A DNA stretch of 64,000 nucleotides from the human T2T-CHM13v2.0 reference genome, Homo sapiens, in the NCBI RefSeq assembly GCF_009914755.1, contig NC_060947.1. One strand, written 5' to 3'. Positions 21,768 to 34,800 of the stretch are shown here, piece after piece. The stretch's first letter is position 1; each line of letters opens with the position of its first letter. The notes beneath the pieces were generated by a model. That model did not search any database, was not told the origin of the DNA, and was given only the letters and a program-made list of their open reading frames with translations. The translations under genes were made by a program, and so were the position numbers.

Positions 21768-22284
21768 GTAAGTAACTCTATTTGCAGTGGTGTGAGAGCC
21801 CTCTTTTTTCTACTGTAATGCAGTGATTTTTGACTTCACATTATTCCTACATGATACCTTCCATGCTATTCTAATGTCTATATATAATTTTCTGTAAACT
21901 ACTTTATCATAGACTGTATCATATGAGGCATTTACGAATTATTTCAAGCTTCAATTCTATGGACGGTCACTTCTAATGGAAAATCCACAGTCCAGGATGG
22001 TCTATCTGGTGTTTTATAAAAAAATTCACACTCCAGAGGTGGCTACCACAAGCCCCTGTGCTATCTGTATCTCCACCAGTACCAAGCATTTTGCTGAATT
22101 TCATCCTAAATGTCAAAAGGAGTTTTAATCAATTAAATTAAAAATTTTATAATTGGCATGATTACTTTCATTGGTGAAATTACAATTTTTCTTATTATTT
22201 AGTTTGGTTATAATATTTTTAAGATATCTCCACTGTTAAAATGAATAAGATATAATAATGTAGGAAGGATCATACAAATAATGT

Positions 22285-22935
22285 GATTCAGTAATTCTAC
22301 TACTGGGTATATATCCAAAGGATTTGAAGTCAGGATCTTAAAGAGATCCCCGCTACCCTATGTATAATGCAGCATTATTCATAATAGCCAAGATATAGAA
22401 TCAACCTAAGTGTCTGTGTATATATGAATGCATAAAGAAAATGTGGTGTATTTACATAAAGTAATACTATTTACTTTAAAAAAGATGGAAATCCTGTCAT
22501 TTGCAACAACGTATATTAACCTGGAGACATTATGCTAAGTTATATAAGCCAGACACAGAAAAACAAATACTGTATGATCTTATATATGGAATCTAAAAAT
22601 GTTGAATTCATAGAAGGAAACAATAGAGTGGTGATTACCAGACCTGGGACTTGGGGAGATTGGAGAGAGATATTGGTCAAAGGATACAAAATTTTAGTTA
22701 GATAGTAGGAAGTTCAAGAGACCCATGGTACAGCATGGTGACTACAATTAATAACAATATACTGTATGCTGGAAAATTGCTAAGATATTTGGTGTTCTCA
22801 CCACAAAAACGAAGGATAAGTATGTGAGGTAGTGGATATATTAATTAGTTTCATTTAGTCATTCCACAATGTATACATATGACAAAACATATTGTACACC
22901 ATAAATATATGCGATTTTTGTCAAGTTATCATTAG
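22285..22935 (+). mobile_element. L1MA (L1MA8/9-like) 3' end
   Basis: CTACTGGGTATATATCCAAAGGA..; GCAGCATTATTCATAATAGCCAAGATA; GGTCAAAGGATACAAAATTTTAGTTAGA. Confidence 0.85.
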
Positions 22936-22944
22936 AAAAAGAAA

Positions 22945-23960
22945 GCCCTGTATATGTTTAGCATAAGGCATGTTCAGAAAACAACTGAAAAGTCTCCAAA
23001 CTTTCACCTCAGGCTGAGGCCTAGGCTCATTGCAATCCTGGATATGTGTTAAGGAAGAGCACCAGCACAGGGACAATCTGCAAATACTGGGAGGGTAATA
23101 TTGTTTGTTGTTGTTGGTGGTGGTGGTGGGGTGTGTATGTGTGTGTGTGTATTTTGTTGTCATTTTTATAAACTTATATTCAAGAAAATCTCTGTCAAAA
23201 CTCTAGCTGAACAGAGACTTCGGTGATGACTTATGACAAGGAACACATGGATGCATACACTGGTCCCTGAAATAGTTGAGTATTATAGCCTTCAACAATA
23301 ATAACATCAAAACAATAAACCCTGGAAAGGAGGGGAATTTGATTCCACAGTTATCACATTATAATACTTAAGTGCCCATTTTCAACAAGAAAATAACAAA
23401 GCATACAAAGAAAATGAAAAACATGACCCATACAAAGAAACAAAATGAATTAACAGAAACCATCTCTGAGTAAGCACAGAAATTGGACTTATTAGACAAA
23501 GACTTTTAAAATGTCTTAAATATATTCAAAGTCTTAAAGGAAAACATGGACAAACATGTAATGAAACTTCGGAGAATAACGTATGAACAATATGAGATTA
23601 GCAATTAGAAGATAGAAATTTTTAAAAAATAAGCAAACAAATTGTAGAACTGAAAAGCTCAATAGCTACAATGAAAAAACACTAGAGGCACTCAAAAGTA
23701 GATGTGAGTAGAAATAAGACAGAATCAGCAAACTTGAAGATAGGTTAATTGAAATTATGCAGTCTGTAGAGTGAAATGAAAAAAGAAATGAAGAAAAGTG
23801 TACAAAGGCTAAGGAACCTGTGGAACACTGTCAAGTGGACCAACATATGCATTATGAAATTCTAAAAAAGGGTAAAAGAGGAAGATATAAAGGGGCAGAA
23901 AGAATATTTGAAAAAATCATAGTCAAAAACTTTCCAAATTTGTTGATAGATCTAGCTTCA
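22945..23960 (+). mobile_element. Old L1M 5'UTR/ORF1 fragment
   Basis: GAATCAGCAAACTTGAAGATAGG; CTGTGGAACACTGTCAAGTGGACCAACATATGC; AAAAACTTTCCAAATTTG. Confidence 0.75.
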
Positions 23961-24394
23961 TAGTCAAAACCCAAACTTCACTGAGAATTAAAACTTTTCC
24001 CCTTTTCTGCTTGTATCAGTCTCAAAAAAAAAAAAGCCACATTGCAATATATGTCCCTTTATCCTTTTTGTTCATTCCTTTCTTTTTTTAAGCTACACAG
24101 AGCACTTCTTTTCCCTTAACTCACAGGATATATTTGCTGAACCTTTTAGGTTTAGGCTCACAAATAGAAGGGATTAAAAGGGAAAGGGCATATGTTTTCT
24201 AGTTTGGCTTTTGGCAGATATACTAAGTTGGCATATTTTCTCATAGGGTGTTTTAATTAATGTGAACTTGTGAGAGATTCCCCTGCTGGGAATCTTCAGT
24301 TGAAATTCCTACAAGGTGAACTTTTTTTTTTCTTCAATAAGCTTTTTACTACTCCAGCCATAAATTTTGAGCATTCAGCAGTCCACCCCTTTAT

Positions 24395-27300
24395 ATATTT
24401 TTAATTGAATTATTTGGGAGTTTTATTGCTATTGAGTTATTTGTGTTCCTTATATATTCTGTATATTAACCCATTGTCAAATGCATAGTTTGCAAATACT
24501 GTCCTTTATTTTTGTACATTATCTCTTCACTTTGTTGATTGCTTCCTATGCTGTGCAGAACCTTTTTAGTTTGATGTAATCCTATTTGTCTGTTTTTGCT
24601 TTTGTTGCTGGTGTTATTGAGGTCTTATTGAAAAAATATCCTTCCCAGACCAATGTTGTGAAGCATTTCCTCTATGTTGTCTTCTAGTAGTTTTGTAGTT
24701 TTAGACCTTAAATTTCAGCATTTAGCTCACTTGAGTTGATTTCTGTATACAGTGAGAAATAAGGATCTAGTTTCATTCTCCTGCATGTGAATATTCAGCT
24801 TTACCAGGACCATTTATTGAAGAGACCCTTCTTTCACCAATGTGAGTTCTTGGTGCCTTTTTTAAAGAATCATTTAGATATAAATATGTTAATTTATTGC
24901 TGTGTTCTCCATTTCGTTCCATTCATCTATATGTCTGTTTTTAAAGCAGTGCCATACTATTATGTTACTATAGCTTTGTAGTATATTTTGAAGCTAGATG
25001 GTGTGATACCTCTAAGCTTTGTTCTTGCTTAAGATTGCTTTGGCTATTCAGGGTATTTTATGGTTCCACGCACATTTCAGGATTTTTTTTTTTTATTTCT
25101 GTGAGGAATGTCATAGTTATTTTCATAGGGATTGCATTAAATCTGTATATTGCTTTGGGTATTTGGACATTTTAACAATATTAGTTCTTCTATTCCATGA
25201 ACATGTAATATCTTTCTATTTATTTGTGTTCTCTTACATTTCTGGCATCAATGCTTTATACTTTTCATTGTAAAGATCTTTCACTTCCTTGGTTAAATTT
25301 ATTACTAAGAATCTTATTTTTTGTAGCTATTGTAAATTGGATTCCTTTCTTGATTTTTTTCAGATAGTTTGCTATTGGCTTATAGAAATGCTATTGATTT
25401 TTGTATGTTTATCTTCTATTCTGCAACTTACTGAGTTTATTAAGTCTAACAGTTGTTTTCTGTACAGTCTTTAGGATTTTCTATATATAAGATTATGCCA
25501 ACTGCAAACAAGGCAATTCTACTTCTTGCTTTCCAATTTGAATTGTCTTTATTTATTTCTCATTCCTAAGTGCACTGGCTAGGACTTCCAGAGGCATGCT
25601 GAATAATAGTGATAAAAGCGGACATTTTGTCTTGTTCCATATCTTAGAGAGAAAGCTTTCAAATTTTCCCTGTTTAGTGCAATGTTGGTTGTCTGTTGTT
25701 GTATATGACCTTCATTGTGTTGACATACATTCCTTTTATACCTAATTTGTTGAGAGTTTTTATCATGAAGGGATATGGAATTTAGTCAAATGCTTTTTCT
25801 GTGCCTATTGAAATAATCATAAGGTTCTTGTCTTTGATTATTGTAATGTGATGTATCATATTCGTTAATTTTCTTTAGTGGTTGTTGACCATTTTGACTT
25901 TTAATTATCATACTAGACATCTGAAAGATTGTATATCAGCATTCGAGTAATGAAGTATTCTGAATTTTACAATGAATTTACCCATAAAAGTGAGGTGTAT
26001 ACTTTCATATGTTTGCGTGATAGTAATTATTGTCTTTTTGCTCCCACTTTTGACATTCCATTTAGCATTTTTTGTAAGGCTTATTTAGTAGTGATGACTA
26101 TTTTTCCTTCATTTCTGAAGGAAAGCTTTGTTGGGCATACCATGCTAGCCAGGCAATTTTTTTTTCCCCAGTACCTTTAATATAGCATCCCATTCTTTCC
26201 TGGCCTGCAAGGTTTCTGCTGAGAAATCTGCTGATAGTCTAAGGGGAATTTTCTTATATGTGACTTGACACTTTACTCTTGCTGTTTTTTAGAATTTTTT
26301 CTTTGACTTTTGACAACGTTATTATAATATGCCTTGGAGAGGGCTTCTTTGACTTGAATTTATTTCAAATCTTTTGAGCTTCGTGAATCTGGATGTCCAT
26401 ATCTCTCCCAAATCTTGGGTAGTTTTTAGGTATTGTTTTGTTAAATAGTCTTTCTGTGCACTTCTTCATCTCTTCTCCCTTTAAACTCCAAAGATGCAAA
26501 TATTTGATTGCTTAATAACGTTCCACACATCCTGTAGGCTTTATTTGCTCCTTTTGATTGTTTTTTTTTCTTTCTTGCTGACTGGCTTATTTGAAAAGAC
26601 TTGTCTTCAAGTTCAGAAACTCATTATTTTGCTTGATACAGTCTGCTCTTGAAAGTCTCAATTGTATATTTTAGTTCATTCATTGAATTCTTTAGCTCTA
26701 GTATTCCTGTTTGTTTCTTTTTTGGTCATAGCTGTCTCTTTGTTGAATTTCTCTTTTGGATCCCAAACTGTTCATCTAATTTAGTTTGTCTGTCTGTATT
26801 ATCTTTTATCGTAAATTTCCTTGGGTCATTATTTTGAATTCCTTTTTAGGAAACTCATAAATGTTTATTTTTGGAGGGTCAATTATAGGAAATGTATTGT
26901 GTTTCTTTAGTAGTGTCCTATTCGCTTTCTTTTTTATGTTTCCTGTATCACTGTGTTGATATCTGTGCATCTGATGGAACAGTAACCACTTCCAGTCTCA
27001 TACAGTGTCTTTCATGGGGAAAGACTCACCTGCCCATGTGTTGTAGGGTGTTGGTTGAGCAGGGTATTTTGGATTTGCTTCTGGGTGAATGCCGTAATGT
27101 GGTCTCCATCCAGTTTCTTCAGCTATAGGCAACATCAGTGATGCCTGAGTGTGCCTCAGTGTGCCTCAGTGGTTCATGCTGTAACAGTGTTTGTGGCTGG
27201 TCTACCTACTCAGTTACTGCTCCTTGATAGTGGGGCACTGGTATAGTCTGTGTTTTGGGGATATTTAGGGCTGGTCAACTTGTGACTTGGGCTTTGCTTC

Positions 27301-28297
27301 ACTAGGGGCTGGACAGTGGGCTGGTCCATGCTGTGGGGTAGCATGGGGCTGGATATCTGATGGCTCTGCTCAGGAGTTGTTCCCCTTAAGGTAGGGTACG
27401 AAGCTGGTCCATATTCTGGAAAAACATGAAACTGGTTGACTGGCAGCTTGGATTGAGATCTGCTTTCCTGAAGGCAAAGTTCCAAGCTGATCCATGCTTA
27501 AAGGAAGTGCAAGGATGGCTGGCAAGCAGCTCAGCTCAGTCGCTGCTCCCCTGAGGGTGGAGTGATGGGGTCATGGTTGTTCCACTGGATATAGATTTCA
27601 AGTAGGTTGGGTTGGGGTGCTATAGCCCCTGAAGTAAGGAAGGTACTGTACCTCCTAGGCAGCTTTTTCCTAGGAGTAGAAAGCTGTAACAGCTCAGCTG
27701 GGTAATGCTGCGCTATTGTGTGCAAGCATGGCGTAATGGAGGTGGAGCCTCAAAGATGGAAAGATGCAGTAGCTACTGGTCCCCGGAAAGGACATATTTT
27801 ATTACTGACTCTGGTTTAGGGATGGCATCTTGCAGTAGGGGTTTGGGTAATGTGGGGAAAAGGGCATGATGTTAGCTCCTTTTCTGGAGCAATCCAGCTG
27901 TGTGAACTCCTGAAAGCTCCCAAAACTGGATGGAGAGCCTGAGAAAACTGCAAGATTCTCCAGCAGCAAAACCTACAGGTGTCTACAGCATTGATGAGGA
28001 GTGCTGAGGGCCTTCTGTTTACTTTCTCCCGACATGGGAAAGTCCCTCCTGGTTCTGAGCTGATCCTAACTGGAGAGGTGGCATGGCAATGTCAAGATGT
28101 CTCACTCCTTTCTTTATGTGGCAATCTTGAGTGTCTGTGTTCCACAGAATTTCTGCCAGTCTCCTGCTGTACTTTAGCATTCTCATTCAAATACTCTTGT
28201 CAAACTATAGTTGTTTATTTGTCGTTTTTGTCCTTTTGTGTGGTGGGTGACAAGCACCAAGCACCGAGCACCTCTAGTCAGCCATCTTTCTGACATC
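24395..28297 (-). mobile_element. Old L1M with large internal ORF2 deletion (ORF2 3' part, ORF1 and 5'UTR retained)
   Basis: ORF2-like sequence 24395-~25870 joins inter-ORF/ORF1-like sequence; ends in L1 5' motif CTAGTCAGCCATCTT. Confidence 0.78.
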
Positions 28298-30262
28298 GCT
28301 CTCTTAATATCTCTTATTGTCTCATTTGAAATCTGTTTTACCAATACATTTCCCATTACATGTCACCAGTAATTATACTTTGACAGATACCAATGCTGAT
28401 TAAAGGCAAAGTAAAACTGAAGAAATATTTCATTACCTGAATGAAAAAAAAATCACACTCCTCTATGTTATGTCACAGTTAACTAAAACTAAATACTAAT
28501 AGTCCTGAGTACTATAGTAGGTACATGAGCCACATATTTTACTATTTATACTATGGTTTGTATTAAATTTAAATGTTCTTTGAGTTCAGTATTTTTAAAA
28601 AGTAGAAAGGAATTCAAAGATCTCAAACCAGTGGTACAGCCTCAGCTAAGGCACACAGAATGTTTCTCCAGGTAATATGTCTCTAAGCATGAGCTATCAA
28701 TAGCTTTTCTATTTGTATTCCAATTATAAGGAGCTTCTTGAACTGGAATTTTCAGAGAAGCCATGAAAATGTACTAGTTTAGAGACTCTATGAAAGGAAA
28801 TAATTCTGATGTAATTTTTATATAATAATTTCTAATATGCATTGTACATTAGGTACAACATTTTCTTCTCTATTTTTCTTTATTTGACAAGAAGAAAATT
28901 AAAGGTCAGTATTTTTGATATTTTTCTTTTCTCTTTTTTTATCATTCTACAAAAGATGCTAAAGTTAGTCTATCAGTCTGAAGACCAATTGTATTTGAAG
29001 CTAACCTATATAGCAAGATTAATTTTTTCTGTCAGTGGTTTTCTGTCACTAAGCAAATGGTCCAAAATGAGCCACTTGACTAACTAACATTAACATGTAA
29101 TTGTCTAGAAATCTAAATAGTATACTACTCGTATTCAAGAAAAAAATACATTTGGAGGATTCCTGTCACTTTTTTTTTTTTTTTTTGATGATTCAGGGAA
29201 AGTACCCATGAAATTTAGATTTGGGGAAGGGCATAGGGGAACATAGTATAATTGCAGTCTACTTTTACTCACCAGTACTTCAAGAGTAACATTCTATCCC
29301 ATTTTTACTAAACCATTATATGTTGAAATAAGATTCATTTCAGATGTCATTTTGCAAAATTCCTGTTAAGATTTAAGCACTGGAAAAAAATTTTTTAAAC
29401 TAGTGCAATTACTTTCTTTTCAGCTACAGATTTTCTTGACATGACTAGCCACAACTGTCTAATATTTTTTATATTTTAATAAACACTGTATAAGAGGAAA
29501 CACAAATTTTCTCCAATGAATGCCTATCAACACACATATAATAACTAATTTTCTTGACAGGCTTAACAACGGATAATGTATTACTATTTAGCAACCAATT
29601 CTAGTAGACAGATTTGAAAAACAAATAAGCTGTTGTCTAGTTCTATTTCAATATATATACTCATTGCTAATTTAAATGTAGACAAAATCTTACTCAGTCC
29701 TCTCTATAAGTCAAGCTTTATCTTGCAGGCAAATGTAGTCAGATATGTAATTTGCTTGTCAGCTATTGTCATGTGTTCAGAAATGGAGTTATTTTTAACA
29801 TTTTAAAACAAACTTAGATTCTTAACCCAATTAATATTATGTCTGAACCTAAAATTACCAAATTATGTTGGCCTCCATACCCATTCTGTGCACATACATA
29901 CACAAACACACTCATAGATCATTTATATCTACTAAAGCATTTGTTTTTCATTTTGCTGTATATAGATAATTTCACAAAAAGTAAAGCAAAATCTTGAGAG
30001 TTTTAGGAAAGGCAGAGCCATCTACTGCCTTCACCTGCCATACACAAATATTAATTCAACTATGGTTTTGAGAATATAAACACTAGAAAAGCTGATATAA
30101 TATAAAAAGTTTACAGCATGTCAACCACTGTGAACAAGACATTTAGGTCATTTTTAAACAGTTACTTATCCCCCCAATCATGTGAACAATACAGCTTCTG
30201 AATTAACCACCTAGCATTTTAGGAAAACCAGAAGGAGAACATCAGCCATCTTTTTATCTCCC

Positions 30263-31239
30263 TGTGGTAGGCAGGAAGAATAACCCTCCCCCTTAAAAAA
30301 AGTCTATGCCCAAATCAAGAAAACCTGTAAATATGTTGTCTTAATTGGCAAAAAGAAACTTTGAAGACATAATTAAAGTTAAGGAATTTGAGATGGGAAG
30401 TTATTCTTAATTATTCAAATGGGCCCAATAAAATCACATGAGTTCTTAATAGTGGAAGAGGAGGGTAGAATTGTTGATGTGGGTCGGAGAGACTGGGTGA
30501 TGGAAGAAGAGGTAGAGGTGATTTGAAACGTGTGGAAGACTCCACTTACTGTTTCTGTCTTTGAAGATGAAGAAAGGAGGCAGTCTTAGTCTGTTCAGGC
30601 TGCTATAACAAAATACCATAAACTGAATTATTATAAACAATAGAAATTTATCACAGTTGTGGAGGCTAGGAAGTCCAAGATCAAAGTCCTAGCAAATTCA
30701 GTGTCTGGACTCACTGTCTGGCTCATAGATGGCACTTTGTTGAAGTGTCCTCACATGTCAGAAGGGGCAAGGAGCTTCTTTGGGGCTCTTTTATAAGGGC
30801 ACTAATCTCATTCATGATGCCTCTGCCCTTGTGATCTAATCAGTTACCTCACAAGGGCCCTACCTCCTAACACCATCACCTTGAAGGTTAGGATTTCAAT
30901 ATGTAAATTTTGGGGAGACATAAACATTCAGACCATGGTATGGGCTATGTGCCAAGGAATGTGGACAGCCTCTAGAAGCTAAGAATGACCCTCAGCTGAA
31001 AACCACCAAGGGAAAGGAGACCTCTCTTCTAAAACTGCCTGGAACTGAATTCTGCCAACAACCTGAATGAACAAGAAAATAGATTCTCCCTTAGCGACAC
31101 CAGGAAGAAATGCAGCCCTGATGACACCTAGAGTTTAGCATAGTGCAACCAATGTCAGACTTTCAACCTACAGAGCTGAAAGATACATTTGTGCTGTTTT
31201 CAGTCTCTAAGTTTGTGGCAGCAATAGAAAATGAATACA
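30263..31239 (+). mobile_element. MLT1D-like solo LTR, split by an MST LTR
   Basis: TGTGGTAGGCAGG..AAGTTAAGGAATTTGAGATGGG..; GGAACTGAATTCTGCCAACAACCTGAATGA; ends GCAGCAATAGAAAATGAATACA. Confidence 0.85.
30582..30940 (-). mobile_element. MST (MSTC/MSTD-like) solo LTR nested in MLT1D
   Basis: GTCTTAGTCTGTTCAGGCTGCTATAACAAAATACC...TTTTGGGGAGACATAAACATTCAGACCAT. Confidence 0.85.
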
Positions 31240-31565
31240 CTCTTCTTACAAATTTTGTCTGCATATTTTTATTGGAGTGGGTTTATTTTAAAACAAGATA
31301 GGACTTGTGAGTTTAAACTAAAGATTCTTAGAACATTCTGGAATGATATTTATTTTTATGAAATAATTTCTAGTTTAAACACATGAAATTGATTTTAGCT
31401 TGCATTCTAAGTCATCTGAGATTTGAAGGATGTTCCATGTCTTAGTCTTATTTATTGGGGCAACTTTGCAATTCCAAAAATTATATACACAAAATGAACT
31501 CCTCTTGTTTCTGTGTCACTTTAACTAGAGGGTCTATGTGCAAGACAAAATACCAATCCTTCAGA

Positions 31566-31860
<295 letters not shown>

Positions 31861-32098
31861 CATATTTATTTTTATACTCAAGCTTTCCCTTTACAAACTT
31901 TACCCAAATTACAGTGATAATGCCAGTTACTTTTTCATAAGAAACAGGGCATCTGCAACATTGATTATCAAGTGGTTCTGAAATTCCCACTGCCCACACT
32001 TTGTTCTCTCAAGACTTTGAGCATCATAAACTAACTATAATATACATTCATCATGAAGAAAAGATTTACTTTTTACCCTTAAAAAATCACAACCTACC

Positions 32099-32400
32099 AG
32101 CCGGGCATAGTGGTTCACGCCTGTAATCCTAGCACTTTGGGAGGCCAAGGTGGGCAGATCACCTGAGGTCAGGAGTTCAAGACCAGCCTGGCCAACATGG
32201 CGAAACCCCGTCTCTACTAAAAATACAAAAATTAGCCGGGCATAGTGATGCATGCCTGTAATCCTAGCTACCTGGGAGGCTGAGGCAGGAGAATCGCTGG
32301 AACCCAGGAGGCAGAGGCAGCAGTTAGCCGAGATCGTGCCACTGCACTCCAGCCTGGGTGACAGAGCAAGACTCTCAAAAAAAAAAAAAAAAAAAAAAAA
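32099..32400 (+). mobile_element. AluSx-like element
   Basis: Full dimer with ~24-nt A tail; degenerate TSD ACAA(C/G)CTACC. Confidence 0.95.
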
Positions 32401-32497
32401 CAAGCTACCATTTTCTTTGTCTGTTTCTGCCACAATGACTCAGTGTGCAAAGTAGTATGATTCACGGGAAGTCTAAACAATCTATTTCTTTGTAGAC

Positions 32498-32598
32498 TAC
32501 ACACACACACACATATATATATATACACACACACACACATATTTACATATATGCATATGTGTGTATATATATATACATATATATATACACATACATAT
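32498..32598. repeat. Compound (CA)n/(TA)n microsatellite
   Basis: Alternating CA and TA runs read directly. Confidence 0.9.
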
Positions 32599-33299
32599 AA
32601 AGGTTGAGCTCAATAAAGAAAAAAAAAAATGCCAGTTAGCCATTGTGTGTGCTTTACTCGATTGAGAACTTTTTCTAACTGAGAATGAGCTTTTTCCAAC
32701 TTAAACCTATTTGTAGGTTTGTGCCAAGTGAAAACAACCAGTATGAGCATAATTTTTTATTTGAATTTTCCTGTTACCTTTTAACTCACTTATACTGTTT
32801 ATATTATATGAATTTTGTATCTGACCTCCTCATTTTGTTGGTAGTTGTATTCATTTGCCTTTCTATCTGTCCCCAAAATCACCGAACTCATTGAATGACA
32901 AAGAAAATGTTCTCAGTAGAAATGCTTGTTGACTCCTTGTGCTCAAAGAGCTGGAATTTAAGGAAAATAGACCTTGAGTTAAAAGACAACATTTCACGAT
33001 GATTAAAAATGATAGAGACAGGTGTCAAACAAACTTAAAATACATATGCAATTAATTTGAGGTACAGTTAGTAGGGAACACTTGTTGAGAAATCTAAATT
33101 GGCAGGCCATCACTCTAAGCAGGAGAAATAACAAAAGAGGTCACTTGGGGAGATTCAGGAGACAACCCAGCCCTTTGTTAAGAACTGTCAGGGAATACAA
33201 TTGAGTATGTATGGAGGGCAACAAGATGGAAAGTTATTCACAAGATATCTGAAAAACAAAATTGGTGTTTCTGAACAGGAGAAGAATGAGAGCAAAGAG

Positions 33300-33510
33300 A
33301 ACTAACATTTATTCAGCAATTACTATAAGCCAGGCACTGTGGTATTTGTGTATGTTATCTGTTTAAATCCTACCATCAGTCCAGAAAATAATATTATCTC
33401 TATTTTTAGAAAAACAAACCAAGATTCATAGAAATTGAAGTCATATGAGCAGTTGATAGGGTTTAAACCTAGAACTGCCTGATCTCAGTGCATCTGCACT
33501 TGTTCTATAA
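33300..33510 (-). mobile_element. MIR
   Basis: CTAACATTTATTCAGCAATTACTATAAGCCAGGCACTGTG...GGGTTTAAACCTAGAACTGCCTGA. Confidence 0.75.
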
Positions 33511-33722
33511 TATTGAGAGATTAAATTCTCCTTCAACACTTTTGAGCTATAATTCTGCAGAATATCAGTAAAGATATTTGAATTGTCCATATGAAATCAT
33601 TCAACACTGAAGTTCTTAATTCCTTTTTAACAGTCCTTTTTAAAATCAGGTAACAAATTCTTAATTGTTTTTCAACTTCATGCCATCTCTATATATGAGT
33701 ATTATTATTTGACTACTTTTAG

Positions 33723-33823
33723 GTCACATGGAATCTACACATGGAAGGACATAGGCATTGCATGCAGGTATCCGGAATCATTGATATTGGTCTTAAAATT
33801 TGGAAGTTTCCACTTTTGCTAAG
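33723..33823 (+). other. Candidate internal exon (101 nt)
   Basis: TTTGACTACTTTTAG|GTCACATGG...GCTAAG|GTATGT; one frame open. Confidence 0.3.
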
Positions 33824-34499
33824 GTATGTTTTCCTTAATGGTGGAGGTTTACTAATTGGGTGTACCTCCAGATCTAATTCTTTCATGTAATCCTCATATG
33901 ATAGGAAGTAATGAGATGAATATCATTAGGCATTTTCAAATTTGAATTGAAACATATTACGATATGTTTATATTAGAGACTGGACAAAATTATCATTAAG
34001 ATTCTAAGGTTCTACTTATCATTACCATGAATGGGTTTTAAACTGCTAACTAGTTAAAGAACTGTAAATGAAAAAAGAAAAAACAACTTTGATCACTCCT
34101 AGCTATCAAATTACCATATTTAAAAATGTCTAAAAGTCATTACTGTTGAAACTATGATTGTTTAGAGTTTAGACAGTTGTATACACTCAAGCAGGGAGTA
34201 TAAAAAGGGTCGCTATTCTAGAAATCGTTAGCCTATACTTTAAAAAAATTATAGCCATTGATACTGTGATAAACTTTACCTGAAATCTGTTCATTTGTTT
34301 AAGTATAGACAACTTAATGTCTATATGTTAAGTAATGTCAGTGTTAAGTAATGTCTATACTTACAGAAATTAACAGATTTTAGGAAAAATTTATCAGTTA
34401 TATTGATTATAGCTTAACTTGTATTAATTTTTTAAGATACAGACACAGTGGCCAAAATAAAGAAAAGGTCGATACATTTTATCCACAAAATGGGAATAA

Positions 34500-34800
<301 letters not shown>

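Noticed and set aside
24275-24295. 8-bp hairpin AGATTCCC-CTGCT-GGGAATCT
   Set aside because: Too short to exceed chance in 64 kb, and no RNA gene context
34325-34355. Micro-duplications (TGTTAAGTAATGTC x2; others near 27150, 47405, 55705, 63225)
   Set aside because: Ordinary slippage events with no array or spacer structure; not CRISPR-like
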